A stretch of DNA of 64,000 nucleotides from a virus (lineage: Duplodnaviria; Caudoviricetes), in IMG/VR virus record IMGVR_UViG_2595698902_000001, positions 64,001 to 128,000 of that record; one strand, written 5' to 3'. The notes beneath the pieces are model-generated. The model had not been told where the DNA came from, did no database searches, and worked only from the letters and a program-made list of their open reading frames with translations. Numbering within the stretch: the stretch's first letter is position 1; the number at the start of each line of letters is the position of its first letter. The translations under genes and the position numbers were made by a program. Below are positions 20,240 through 29,937 of the stretch, in pieces.

Positions 20240-21295
20240 TTACACGCTAAAACCGAGCTGATTACAGGTGGCTTTTGCTTCTTTTAATGCGCGTTTGATT
20301 TCTTTTTTATCGAAACCTTCGGATACGAGGAAATCCGCTAATCCTGAAAGGGGATCAATATCCGACCGATCAATCGTAAATACTTCCTCAGTATCTACGC
20401 CCTTTTTATCACCTTCGCCAACCCAAACAATGCCACCAGTGATATTCGGATATTGCAGCATTAAATCAGGAGGCAAAGGAACCTCACGATCAATATGCAG
20501 CTTATAGCGAATATTCTGGTCGTTTTTAAGCTTTTTGTAATCGTTCAAATCGTTGATGAAAACGTTTTCCAGCGTGAAGCCCGGTTTATTCTCAACGAAC
20601 TTGTGTTTAACGTCTACAACGTCACCGTCCAGCGTGGCCTTGAAATGCACAAAACCTTTCGGTAATGCCTCGCCGAAATTCTTCTGGAACGGATTACCGC
20701 AATACACAGCACGTTTCGCTTTCATGTACTGGTATTGGTGGATGTGTCCGCTAATGGTGAAATCGTTTTTATGCGTGACCAATTCCTGCTTGGTTTTGAG
20801 GGCACGCCCATTATCACCAATTGCGCCGCTGTATTCAACGTGCGCGAAATTCAATGCACCCTGCTTTTTGCTCAGGGTTTTCAAACACGGATAAGGCAGC
20901 AGGTTTACCGGCACGCCTTCTATTTCGATACGCTCCGGTTTCAAGATAATGCGCAGGTTTTTGAAGGCGCGAGTCTTGGTCAGACGCTGCATGAAATTCA
21001 TCGCCATCTTTTCGATGTTTTCAAAGTCGTGATTGCCCGCGATGTAGATGATGGTTAGCAGCTTGTCGTATTTGTAGAACAGATTAAACAGCGCGGTGTA
21101 GGTGTCAAACGGCAGGTTCGGATGATCGGAAATATCACCGGGAATCATCACGTATTTAATGCCGTTATTCAGCGCGTATTGGAACATCTTTTCTGCTTCT
21201 GCGAGGATACGTGCATCGCCATCCTCGAAATGCTTATTCAGCCCGGTCAGGTGCCAGTCGCTGGTCGCAATACCTTCAAACGATTTGATAGCCAT
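20240..21295 (-). CDS. sbcD: SbcD/Mre11-like (T4 gp47-like) nuclease subunit
   Basis: SDWH, PGD, GNHD and GHIH metallophosphoesterase motifs; YCGNPFQKNFGE. Confidence 0.9.
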   Translation of the reverse strand: MAIKSFEGIATSDWHLTGLNKHFEDGDARILAEAEKMFQYALNNGIKYVMIPGDISDHPNLPFDTYTALFNLFYKYDKLLTIIYIAGNHDFENIEKMAMNFMQRLTKTRAFKNLRIILKPERIEIEGVPVNLLPYPCLKTLSKKQGALNFAHVEYSGAIGDNGRALKTKQELVTHKNDFTISGHIHQYQYMKAKRAVYCGNPFQKNFGEALPKGFVHFKATLDGDVVDVKHKFVENKPGFTLENVFINDLNDYKKLKNDQNIRYKLHIDREVPLPPDLMLQYPNITGGIVWVGEGDKKGVDTEEVFTIDRSDIDPLSGLADFLVSEGFDKKEIKRALKEAKATCNQLGFSV

Positions 21296-21326
21296 AAATC
21301 CTGCTCTAATTGTGCCGTCTTCTATC

Positions 21327-21337
21327 TATTTACAGTT
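21327..21337 (-). promoter_or_regulatory. AACTGTAAATA promoter motif
   Basis: 32 nt upstream of the sbcD ATG. Confidence 0.7.
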
Positions 21338-21767
21338 AGCCCGTACCGGCTATACCACGCTCTAGTTCGCGTGTGATCGTGGTCTTAAATACGATCTTTT
21401 CTAGAGGACGATCAGGCCTCCAGTCATACGAAACAATAACGCTGTGTTTTCTACCACGGCCAACCTTATTTGCTTTGCGGCGACCCCGCAGGATTACACG
21501 ATCAACCTGCTTACCGTCTTCGTCTAGCAATGCGACTTCGCAGCGGTTTTTTCTATCGCGAATTGTGTAGGATTCGACAAGGTGAGATTTGACGTTGAAA
21601 AAGTCTGGCGTTTTGTGGCGAGCCAATGCGCGCTCAAGTACCGCTTGGCACTCGTTCATCATTTGGGCGCGCTGCTGTTCGGGCGTTTGCTCTACATGCA
21701 GGGCCTCGTAAATACGGCGCTGGATTTCTTTGAGCAAACGCATTTGGTTTATTTCTTCGAGGCCCAT
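21336..21767 (-). CDS. hypothetical protein resembling the tail-sheath C-terminal domain
   Basis: MRLLKEIQRRI...RAQMMNECQAVL...WRPDRPLEKIVFKTTITR. Confidence 0.5.
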   Translation of the reverse strand: MGLEEINQMRLLKEIQRRIYEALHVEQTPEQQRAQMMNECQAVLERALARHKTPDFFNVKSHLVESYTIRDRKNRCEVALLDEDGKQVDRVILRGRRKANKVGRGRKHSVIVSYDWRPDRPLEKIVFKTTITRELERGIAGTG

Positions 21768-21776
21768 TGTTGTTCC

Positions 21777-22403
21777 TTAGCGGAGTTTGATCAGCTGGCC
21801 GGGGAAAATCAGGTCAGGATTTTTCAGATTGTTAATGCGCGCCAGTTCGCGCCAATCGGTGCCGGTGTACATGCCGATTTCGGACAACGTATCGCCCGCA
21901 CGGACGCGGAAATACCCAACGCGAATAGCAGCGATAAATTCCGAATAATTGTGAACGATGCTAAGGGCACTGCGATCCACACTATCCGGTACGTTGTCAA
22001 TCATGGCCTGTACAGCTAAAGGCAGGTTATCTGCAATTGCGTTGTCGCACAGGAATTCCGGCTCAGCGGGCTTCCACATTTTTGCGAACTTCAAAACGTT
22101 TGGCACGTTGTCCGATTCGACTGGCTCAACCACAAGGCAGGTGGCCGCGCCGTTGCAGATGGTATTTTCGTGGCCCGCCCAGCAAGTGAGCGTGTTACGA
22201 ATCTTTTCAAATTCGCGGTGATTCACTTTCAGTACGACTTTGCGGAACGAGCGGCGGTGCCAATCGTTGTACCACTCAAGCTGCTCATGAGAACGACCGG
22301 GCGAAGTGAAAAATTCGTGTGCATTCAGCATCGAATGGGCGACCAGCGTAGGCACCATGTAATCCGGCGCTTCGTCAATTACCGCAATGTACATTTTCTT
22401 CAT
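21777..22403 (-). CDS. PTH2-like (peptidyl-tRNA hydrolase fold) domain fused to a C-terminal LysM
   Basis: KMYIAV...VAH...W....FRKVVLKV...TCLVVEP; LysM VRAGDTLSEIG...LARINNLKNPDLIFPGQLIKL. Confidence 0.75.
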   Translation of the reverse strand: MKKMYIAVIDEAPDYMVPTLVAHSMLNAHEFFTSPGRSHEQLEWYNDWHRRSFRKVVLKVNHREFEKIRNTLTCWAGHENTICNGAATCLVVEPVESDNVPNVLKFAKMWKPAEPEFLCDNAIADNLPLAVQAMIDNVPDSVDRSALSIVHNYSEFIAAIRVGYFRVRAGDTLSEIGMYTGTDWRELARINNLKNPDLIFPGQLIKLR

Positions 22404-22410
22404 CGGAATC

Positions 22411-22911
22411 TCACAGATATTCGTCGAGTTTGGTAATGCCTGCGCGAGTGCAATATTCCATCAGCGTGCCAATGCAATATTCGTCAATGTGCCCGGCGCG
22501 AAGGTCGGCTAAATCTTCGTGCGTGATCATCAATTGCGTGCAGAGTGCTACGTCGTCTTTGCGCGATGCTTTGATCCAGCGGTTCAATGTACGCAGGATA
22601 CGGGCTTTAATGCGTAGCTCGTCACGCATACAGTCTTCGTCAATCAGCGAATCCCACACATCAGGAACTGGTTTTTGCGGTTCGCGGTAGGAATCGGTAA
22701 TCAGCGTCACGTCTTCGCTAAGCTGGGTGATTTTGCGCTCAGGCGTGTCCTCGACCACACGCGGATAGGTAACGGTATTTTTCGGACCTGTTTCAGACGG
22801 CACCACAATCGCGCCCATTCCGTGCAGTGTGATATCCACATTGAGATTATTATTCTCCACGTCTTCCGGCGTATTGTTGGTTTCGTCGCAAATGACTTCG
22901 TAGTTACTCAT
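22411..22911 (-). CDS. chimeric protein: sheath-like N-terminal motif plus XRE/HTH-like C-terminus
   Basis: YEVICDETNNTPEDVENNNLNVDI; C-terminal LMITHEDLADLRAGHIDEYCIGTL. Confidence 0.6.
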   Translation of the reverse strand: MSNYEVICDETNNTPEDVENNNLNVDITLHGMGAIVVPSETGPKNTVTYPRVVEDTPERKITQLSEDVTLITDSYREPQKPVPDVWDSLIDEDCMRDELRIKARILRTLNRWIKASRKDDVALCTQLMITHEDLADLRAGHIDEYCIGTLMEYCTRAGITKLDEYL

Positions 22912-23729
22912 TCCATACCTTCCTTTTTCTCGACGCCAGAATTAATGGCTCGGATATAACGCATTTCGTAGGCACTGATTTTTAACTTCATCGCTACGTC
23001 GTCTTCATCGCCTTCCATCTGCAACGCTTTGCGGTACAGATCGACCACTTCGCCGCTCAGCAAATCCATCAATTTGGCGACTTGTTTGTCAGTCAATTTG
23101 ATTTTCTTGCTAAGCGAGGCAACCCGCGATTGCAGTTGCTTTTCGGTTTCCGTCGAGGCCAACCATTTGCACACAAGCTGGCGCACCGGGGTTTGGTGGG
23201 TAGCAGACGGCATGGTATAAACGAACGACATGAAATTCATCAGGAAAGTATGCTGTTCGCGAGCGACTTTCTTGGCCGCTTCCACCACGTCGAATTTGGT
23301 ACGCGTGATATGCTGCTGCTTTGACGCAGGAATGCTTTTGAAATCGACAAGATTAAACCCGTCAACGTGGAACGCTTCCGCTGCTTTGTAGTCTACCGGA
23401 ATCACGTTGTACATCGACAGGGAAATAGGATCGTCACAGACGTAGCAAATGGTTTTATCAGTGATGCTTTTGCGGTGCGCCTCAAACGTAAACACGTCAG
23501 AGAAAATCACATGCTTGCGCTGCTCAAACTTGGCAGGGCTAGCCACAAGCGCAATGGCGGATCGTGGCGTACCGAGTTTGCGCAGGTGAACCAAAACTTT
23601 GTCAGGCGCAGTGTGCGCAAACCCGTATGCGATCATTTCTTTTTGCTCTTTCTGACTTGTTTCAACAGGCTGGCGGTCATCGCTTTCGCGCTCACGTCGA
23701 ACCGATAGGAGGCCATGAAATACGTACAC
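22908..23729 (-). CDS. hypothetical protein (start may be 23636)
   Basis: long ORF in the operon; stop overlaps the downstream ATG. Confidence 0.75.
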   Translation of the reverse strand: MYVFHGLLSVRRERESDDRQPVETSQKEQKEMIAYGFAHTAPDKVLVHLRKLGTPRSAIALVASPAKFEQRKHVIFSDVFTFEAHRKSITDKTICYVCDDPISLSMYNVIPVDYKAAEAFHVDGFNLVDFKSIPASKQQHITRTKFDVVEAAKKVAREQHTFLMNFMSFVYTMPSATHQTPVRQLVCKWLASTETEKQLQSRVASLSKKIKLTDKQVAKLMDLLSGEVVDLYRKALQMEGDEDDVAMKLKISAYEMRYIRAINSGVEKKEGME

Positions 23730-23766
23730 ATGTTCGCGTATTTCAGGTTACGCATTTCAACCGTTT

Positions 23767-24048
23767 TCATCGAACGTCACTCAGTTTGGCGCCCGCTTTG
23801 CATAACTCGTAAGTCATGCGCGACAGGCTGGTAAGATCGAGCACAAAAGAAACGGCAACATCGAAGCTTTCTTCGCGCCACTGTACACCGAGAATGCACG
23901 GATAAAACGTTGGCAATTCGTCCTCGTTACGAACGTAGGGCAAATCACCATTTCGTTCGTCGTCATTGTCGGCGTACACGGCACGCAGGAAATCGTCTAC
24001 TTCGCGTTTGTCTTTTACGACTTTTGCGTAGACGCTAGCTGGCAGCAT
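23767..24048 (-). CDS. hypothetical protein
   Basis: ATG overlapping the sbcC end; 93 aa. Confidence 0.6.
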   Translation of the reverse strand: MLPASVYAKVVKDKREVDDFLRAVYADNDDERNGDLPYVRNEDELPTFYPCILGVQWREESFDVAVSFVLDLTSLSRMTYELCKAGAKLSDVR

Positions 24049-26347
24049 CGTATCGAACACTGGAAACCCCTTTATGTTTCGTGACTGTAACGTAAGAGCA
24101 CTTCGGATGGGAGTGCTTGCCCTTTTGCGTGATGATGAAAACTTGTGGAACAATTCGGCGCAGGAACGGCACGTAACGCTCGACAAAAAGATTCGTCGTG
24201 GCTGCGTCCATGTGCGCGTCGGGTTCGTCAAGAATAGCCAAGTTAACCCGGCGATCATCCTTCGCCATAATCACACAGGCAAGGAAGTGTAGCAGACGGA
24301 AACTATCCGATTCAGCGCCGGACAATTCGCGCACGTCGGAAACGTTACCTTGGCCCCGGTCTACCGTAATATGCACGCCGTCTTCTTTCGCCACTACTTC
24401 AAACTTGAACGGCTCAGCGAAAATCAGCTGTGCATGTTTGTTGTAGTTTTGCTGGAGGCCGTAAACGATTTCGTGCATCGCATTTCGTTTCAAGCCCTTG
24501 CTGGAGTAGGCTTTCGCCATAGCACGGTACAGCTTGAGCTTGGCAATTAGCGGGTTGATTTCTTCAAGCTTTGTGCTCACTTCATCGCGCTGTTTGGTCA
24601 GCAGTTTATGCTCAGCGCGATAGGCGTTGTATTTCACCGTAACCTTGTGGGCTTTGGTGTATTTCTTCTCAACCTTTTTCAGTTGCTTTTCGACTTCCTT
24701 GAGCTGGGCTGCAAGATTGTCGTTTTCCGGCACTTCATCGAATTCAGCGAGGCGCGCTTCCAGACGTTTGATATCGTCCAGCATTTCCGCGTGCGCTTCC
24801 AGTTCTTCGACCGTCATGGAGGCCGAACCTTTCGGCTTCTTCGGCTTTTCCAGTTCGGAAAGCTGTTCGTTGATTTCGTCAATCCGCACAGAGTTTTCCA
24901 GCTTCTCTTGTGCGTCGTCTATTGCAGCGCGCAGCTTTTTGATTTGCTTGCGTGCCCTGTAGAAACCTTCCTCGTCGAAGCCCAGCTTTTCGATGATTTC
25001 GGTATTCTTGGCTTTGGTCATCCGAATGTCCAGCGCATGGATCATCGAATGCAAAATGCCTTTGCGTTTCTTCGCCGCTTTGACAGTGGCTTCAATGTCT
25101 TTGAGGTTTACTTTCTGGTGACAGGTCGGGCACTGGTCGCCGCCTTCGTGGTTGTGCAGCAGGTCAGCAAGTTTAAGCGTGGTTTTAACAACGCTCATTT
25201 CTTCCTGCAAAGTATCCATCGGATTGAGCTTTGCTTTGTTGCAGCGCGACAGGAACGCCCGCAGCTCCGGCTCGGTGTGATCGTCAAGGTTTTCCAATTC
25301 GCGCACGGCTGCGTCGTGTTTGTCGCGAATTTTTACCAGACGTGCATCGTCCGCTTCCAGCTTGTCGAGTTCTTGGCGCATGGCTTTTACAGAGCCGCGC
25401 AACTCTTTGCCACCAACCGCACCGCCCAGCTCTTCCAGCTTAGCCTTGAGCTTTTTGGAGCGGCGATTGTAATCCTGCAAAGCGTCTTCGTATTTCTCCA
25501 ACGCTTGCAAGTATTTGTACTGCTCTTTCAACTCGGCTTTGGTGAACTTTACTTTGCCCTTGAGTTTCTTGAGCTGCTTTGTCGTCTCCGCGTAAAACTC
25601 TACCTGCTTCAACAGGCTTTTGAGTTCCTGTCGCTTGGACTGCAATTTGGTAACTTTTTTCGACGTGGCCTTAACCGTTTCGGTAGCTTCGTCCAGTTCC
25701 TTTTGCTTGTCGCGGTTCCACCCGTTTTTATTCAGGGCGTCATTGATATTCAGCAGGTTGTGTGAGTGAACGTCGGCCTTGTTTTGCGCGATTTTTACTT
25801 CGTCTACTTTCTTTTCGTAGAACCGACGCAGCACGTCGAACTGATCTAGGCGCCACACATCGGTAATATACGACATTCGCGCACGCGGCGTACCGTACAG
25901 GAATTCCAGTTTCTTCTGCGATTGCAGATGCACGTAGGAATACCATTCCTCGGTTGTCAGCGGAATGATTTTCTCAATCTGCTCCCGCTGCGCGGCCTGT
26001 CCGCGTACCTGCAAATCAACGCCGTCGCGGAAGATTTTGTAACCAGAACCTTCCTGCCGAATTGTCCACTTGTGCCCAAGGTTGTTCACGTCAAATTCAA
26101 TGAACGAACCTTTGGAGTGAATGCGGTTTTTCTTGCGGGTATCTGCCAACGGCGTCTGCTCGAAACGCACGTTGGGCAGCATGGAGAACAGCAAGGATTT
26201 ACCAGCGCCGTTATTCTGATCTTTTGCAATCAGGGAATCGCGGTTGTGACCGCTAACCGTAGTCAGGCCGCAGTTGTTGGTAAAATCAAACTCGCCTTTC
26301 TTGTAGGAAACGATGCCCTCGAAACGGCTGCCGGTAATCTCGATCAT
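24035..26347 (-). CDS. sbcC: SbcC/Rad50-like (T4 gp46-like) SMC ATPase
   Basis: NGAGKS Walker A, coiled coils with CPTC zinc hook, LSGAE signature, ILDEPD Walker B. Confidence 0.92.
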   Translation of the reverse strand: MIEITGSRFEGIVSYKKGEFDFTNNCGLTTVSGHNRDSLIAKDQNNGAGKSLLFSMLPNVRFEQTPLADTRKKNRIHSKGSFIEFDVNNLGHKWTIRQEGSGYKIFRDGVDLQVRGQAAQREQIEKIIPLTTEEWYSYVHLQSQKKLEFLYGTPRARMSYITDVWRLDQFDVLRRFYEKKVDEVKIAQNKADVHSHNLLNINDALNKNGWNRDKQKELDEATETVKATSKKVTKLQSKRQELKSLLKQVEFYAETTKQLKKLKGKVKFTKAELKEQYKYLQALEKYEDALQDYNRRSKKLKAKLEELGGAVGGKELRGSVKAMRQELDKLEADDARLVKIRDKHDAAVRELENLDDHTEPELRAFLSRCNKAKLNPMDTLQEEMSVVKTTLKLADLLHNHEGGDQCPTCHQKVNLKDIEATVKAAKKRKGILHSMIHALDIRMTKAKNTEIIEKLGFDEEGFYRARKQIKKLRAAIDDAQEKLENSVRIDEINEQLSELEKPKKPKGSASMTVEELEAHAEMLDDIKRLEARLAEFDEVPENDNLAAQLKEVEKQLKKVEKKYTKAHKVTVKYNAYRAEHKLLTKQRDEVSTKLEEINPLIAKLKLYRAMAKAYSSKGLKRNAMHEIVYGLQQNYNKHAQLIFAEPFKFEVVAKEDGVHITVDRGQGNVSDVRELSGAESDSFRLLHFLACVIMAKDDRRVNLAILDEPDAHMDAATTNLFVERYVPFLRRIVPQVFIITQKGKHSHPKCSYVTVTKHKGVSSVRYDAAS

Positions 26348-28446
26348 TTTGGTTCCAGATATTCTCGGATTTCTTTGAGTTGGTTCGCTGCCATGCCCTG
26401 ATGCTCAAAGCGCAGGCGCTCTTCCATCATTTGCAGCGTAACAATCCACGAAGGTTTTACTACGGGCACCGGCAGTTCGGACAAGAACGCCTTTTCACTT
26501 TCAGAGTACACGCGAGGACGATGCACACGCACCGGCTCTTCACTGCGACCGCCGCGATACTCTTCGATCAATTCGCCGTTTTCATTTTCGCGTGGCAATG
26601 CGTCAACGTCGATTCCCAATTCTTCGGCCATGTCGCTGCTCATAATGATAAGTTCCGGTAATTCAGTGGATTCAGATGCTGCCAGAACCTCAGCGAGTTC
26701 TGCGAGTTTTTCGCCAAACTCTTTGCTTACTTCTGGATGCTCGCCAACGCGAACAAAACCGTCGTCTGCTTTGCTTACGTCAGGCAGGCTCGGGTCCAAA
26801 TCTTGCGCAGTGGTCAACCGGTTTTCAGCTACTGCAACTTCTTGCAAAGCTTCTACCAATTTTTCCTCTTCGCCTTCGGTCCAAACGTGCGGTGGTGTAC
26901 CGATTGGTGCAGGCGGTGCGGTAAGGGTAAGCGTGCCGTCTTCCAAACCCTGCTTGAGCTGTTCGACAATTGCAGGATCGACACTCATACTATTTACATT
27001 TTCCAGACCGGCGACTTCGCTAGCGTCACGCTCAGCAATTTCGATCTGTTTTTGCTCTTCCTCTTCGATGCAAGCGACAAGTTCTTTCGACAGCTCGTCG
27101 GACAACAGGTGATCGGCAGGCAGCTCGATTTCCACTACCTGTTTTTCTTCTGCGCGAGGCGGGAAAAGCCACTGCGTTTCAGCGTCGAATTCCGCCAGCT
27201 TAGTCAGGGTCAGCGCGTCGAGAATCTTTTTACGATCCGACAGATTCAGCTGGAATTTTTTCATGAACGCGGAGAAGCGGACGCCAGTGCTGATGAAATC
27301 AACAATGTCCTTGGAATCCAGCTCTTCGATTTGCTTGTACTCTTGCGTCGGGAAAGACGACGGTTTGTGATGCTGGAAATTCTCGGTTTTGTGCGGTTGT
27401 TTGGGCGAATGCTGGAAGCGCCCAAGGTGTTTGCCTTTGCTGATGTTGGCGAGATTACTAAGGTTGTAATCCAGCTCTTTCAGCACAGAGATAATCGTTT
27501 TCGGAGCCAACCGCAGCTCCATCACAACAGCAAGCAAAGAGAAACGATTATTGCGCTCAACGAATTCAGAAACGCGGGCGCGGATTTGATCCGGCTCAAG
27601 CCCAACCACGCGAATCATATACAGCGCTTCTGGATTGTAATCCGCCGTCGGGTCAACAAACTGGCCGTCGTCGTAGCAGATAACGTCATCGCTTTGCACA
27701 ACGTCGTCAAAAACATTCATGAATGCGTTGTAGTCACACTCATGGTCTTTGCAAAGGTCTTCGTAGCAGGATTTCGCGGTGAACGAATCAGTCTGCGCAC
27801 GAATGAAATCAGCAATATCAGAATCGCTAATGTGTTTGCTTTCTGGCTCTGCAACTGGCGCCGGTTCCGACGTAACCGGGATCGGTTTCACAGCTGCACG
27901 CTTGAATGCTTCGCCCGGATTGGCGAGTTCGTAGAACGAATCGATTTTAATCAGCTGTCCAGACTGACAAAGCGCACGCAACGGGCGCGCAACAGAACGC
28001 CCGTCCGTGTGCCCAAGTTTGCCCGCAATCCACGATGCTGTACGACGTTGGCCGTCGTTCATGTAGTACATAATGGATTCTTCGGTAATCACACCGACAC
28101 CAGAACGCGGCGGCAGATCGTCATTGTTTTTCGGCTTCATCGCCTCTTCAATCAATTCTTGCTTACGATCTACCATTGGCTCTACTTCCTGTGTGCTCTG
28201 TTCTGGCTCAGGCAGGCCGTAGGTTTGTGCAACCTCGGCCTGCTCTTTCTTCATGAATTCGTCGCTGATATAAAAACGGTTGTCTTCATTGCAACGAACA
28301 TACATAAGTGATTTTAGGCGTGTCACCGCACGGCTGATTTGCGTGTAAGACGACATGCACATGTCGGTGTAAACGGTAAGAGTACGCCCCGGCGCTTCAA
28401 TGATCGAAAGCAGCAGTGCGGCCTCTAATGCGGACAAGTCTTTCAT
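26344..28446 (-). CDS. hypothetical protein with several predicted winged-helix domains and an acidic linker
   Basis: repeated HTH-wing-like segments (QISRAVTRLKSLMYV; SVARPLRALCQSGQL; KKILDALTLTKLAEF). Confidence 0.65.
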   Translation of the reverse strand: MKDLSALEAALLLSIIEAPGRTLTVYTDMCMSSYTQISRAVTRLKSLMYVRCNEDNRFYISDEFMKKEQAEVAQTYGLPEPEQSTQEVEPMVDRKQELIEEAMKPKNNDDLPPRSGVGVITEESIMYYMNDGQRRTASWIAGKLGHTDGRSVARPLRALCQSGQLIKIDSFYELANPGEAFKRAAVKPIPVTSEPAPVAEPESKHISDSDIADFIRAQTDSFTAKSCYEDLCKDHECDYNAFMNVFDDVVQSDDVICYDDGQFVDPTADYNPEALYMIRVVGLEPDQIRARVSEFVERNNRFSLLAVVMELRLAPKTIISVLKELDYNLSNLANISKGKHLGRFQHSPKQPHKTENFQHHKPSSFPTQEYKQIEELDSKDIVDFISTGVRFSAFMKKFQLNLSDRKKILDALTLTKLAEFDAETQWLFPPRAEEKQVVEIELPADHLLSDELSKELVACIEEEEQKQIEIAERDASEVAGLENVNSMSVDPAIVEQLKQGLEDGTLTLTAPPAPIGTPPHVWTEGEEEKLVEALQEVAVAENRLTTAQDLDPSLPDVSKADDGFVRVGEHPEVSKEFGEKLAELAEVLAASESTELPELIIMSSDMAEELGIDVDALPRENENGELIEEYRGGRSEEPVRVHRPRVYSESEKAFLSELPVPVVKPSWIVTLQMMEERLRFEHQGMAANQLKEIREYLEPK

Positions 28447-28448
28447 TA

Positions 28449-29570
28449 TCAATCCTTGGCAATGAACGCACCAACCGCAGAATAAAATGCTACCGTTTCA
28501 TCGACGGTGGTGGTGTTCAGCTTGAGTTCAATCTCACTCAGCAAATTCTGGATTTGCACCAGTTCGGGAAGCTTGGATTTAACCTTGAGCGCTTCAAACA
28601 ATTTGCCATTGTACGGCGTGTATTTGTTCAGGCCGGTATGCTTGCCGATGCAGTATTCCACCAACCAACGGGTTTTGCTGATCAAGCCACGGGCACCGCC
28701 GCAGGTCTTGATTGCCTGAATCATTTTCACGTAGTCGGCTTGCAGGATCGCCGCCAGCAAGTGCGCGGAATACTGATCGAGGTCCGCTTCCATATCGACA
28801 AACGACGACATGTCGTCTGGATTGTAATCGGCACCAGAAGCCAGAACAGAAAGAAAAATATCCAGCTTCGACACTGCTTCACGAAGCGAGCCGTTACTGG
28901 ATTCTGCAATGGTGCTGATCGCTTTCTTCGCGGTCTTCTTGATCGTAGCGCCTTCGGCTTCGGCGATGAACAACAGACGCGAAACCATTGTTTCCATTTC
29001 AATCTGTTTAAGGCGCAGGTGAGTCGCACGACTTACCAAAGCTTTGTTCATTTTTTCCGGGTTGGTGGTACAGAGAACCCAAATGGTATTCGGGCTAGGA
29101 TTCTCGGTCGCAACCAACAGTGCTTTTTCACTGGCATCGCGCAGGGCGTGAACCTCGTCCACGATCACCACACGTTTGCGGAATGCTGGCGCGTTATTCG
29201 ATCCAGAAATCAGCGCACGAATTTCATCGATCTTGCCATGCACGGCGGCGTCGTGTTCGATGATATCCGGGTGCTTGTTGAATTTGCAGCTGGTGCATTT
29301 GCCGCACATGCTCAGCTTTTCGCAGTTGATCTGCTTAGCCATGATTTTGGCAAAGGAAGTTTTGCCGCAACCGTAGTGGCCGGAGAACATGATAACCGCA
29401 GGAACTTTTCCGCGTTTGAACATGCCTTCCAATGCAGCAACGGTTGCGTCTTGGCCTACCACGTCTTTCAGCCTTCGCGGGCGGTACTGGTTAGCCAATT
29501 GCGAAGTTTCAAGCGTCACCTTTTCCGAGGATTCGCCTTTCTTCTTTTTCACTTTCTCTTTAGTCGCCAT
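28449..29570 (-). CDS. dnaX: DNA polymerase III gamma/tau-like clamp loader subunit
   Basis: YRPRRLKDVVGQD, GHYGCGKT, CGKCTSC zinc module, VDEVH, SR arginine finger, GSLREA. Confidence 0.92.
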   Translation of the reverse strand: MATKEKVKKKKGESSEKVTLETSQLANQYRPRRLKDVVGQDATVAALEGMFKRGKVPAVIMFSGHYGCGKTSFAKIMAKQINCEKLSMCGKCTSCKFNKHPDIIEHDAAVHGKIDEIRALISGSNNAPAFRKRVVIVDEVHALRDASEKALLVATENPSPNTIWVLCTTNPEKMNKALVSRATHLRLKQIEMETMVSRLLFIAEAEGATIKKTAKKAISTIAESSNGSLREAVSKLDIFLSVLASGADYNPDDMSSFVDMEADLDQYSAHLLAAILQADYVKMIQAIKTCGGARGLISKTRWLVEYCIGKHTGLNKYTPYNGKLFEALKVKSKLPELVQIQNLLSEIELKLNTTTVDETVAFYSAVGAFIAKD

Positions 29571-29601
29571 GTCGAAGCTCTTTCGTTGTGGGTATACCTA
29601 C

Positions 29602-29612
29602 TATTTACAGTT
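29602..29612 (-). promoter_or_regulatory. AACTGTAAATA promoter motif
   Basis: 32 nt upstream of the clamp loader ATG. Confidence 0.7.
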
Positions 29613-29919
29613 AGATAACCATAGATGCAGGTGCGGGTTTAGGTGGCGCTGGGACAGGCGCGGGCAGAGCCTGTTTAGGTGGAATGCCGCACAAAATAAC
29701 TTTGCTATCCGTTCCAAACTTTGCAGTGTAGGAAACTGTGTTGCCGGTGTAAATGCGAATGTACACAATGCCGTCCACACAGATTTGATCTTGAGTGGAG
29801 CCGCTTCTGTAAACCATCGCTTGCCCTTCTTGCGAAAGGCTATACACAGGCGGAGGCGAGTCGGAACCACAACCGGCCAGAGCCGATGCCAGTGCGGCAA
29901 TCAAAAATACCCGTTTCAT
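29611..29919 (-). CDS. putative lipoprotein
   Basis: MKR, hydrophobic stretch and LAGC lipobox. Confidence 0.75.
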   Translation of the reverse strand: MKRVFLIAALASALAGCGSDSPPPVYSLSQEGQAMVYRSGSTQDQICVDGIVYIRIYTGNTVSYTAKFGTDSKVILCGIPPKQALPAPVPAPPKPAPASMVI

Positions 29920-29937
29920 GTCCCAGTACCTATTTCG

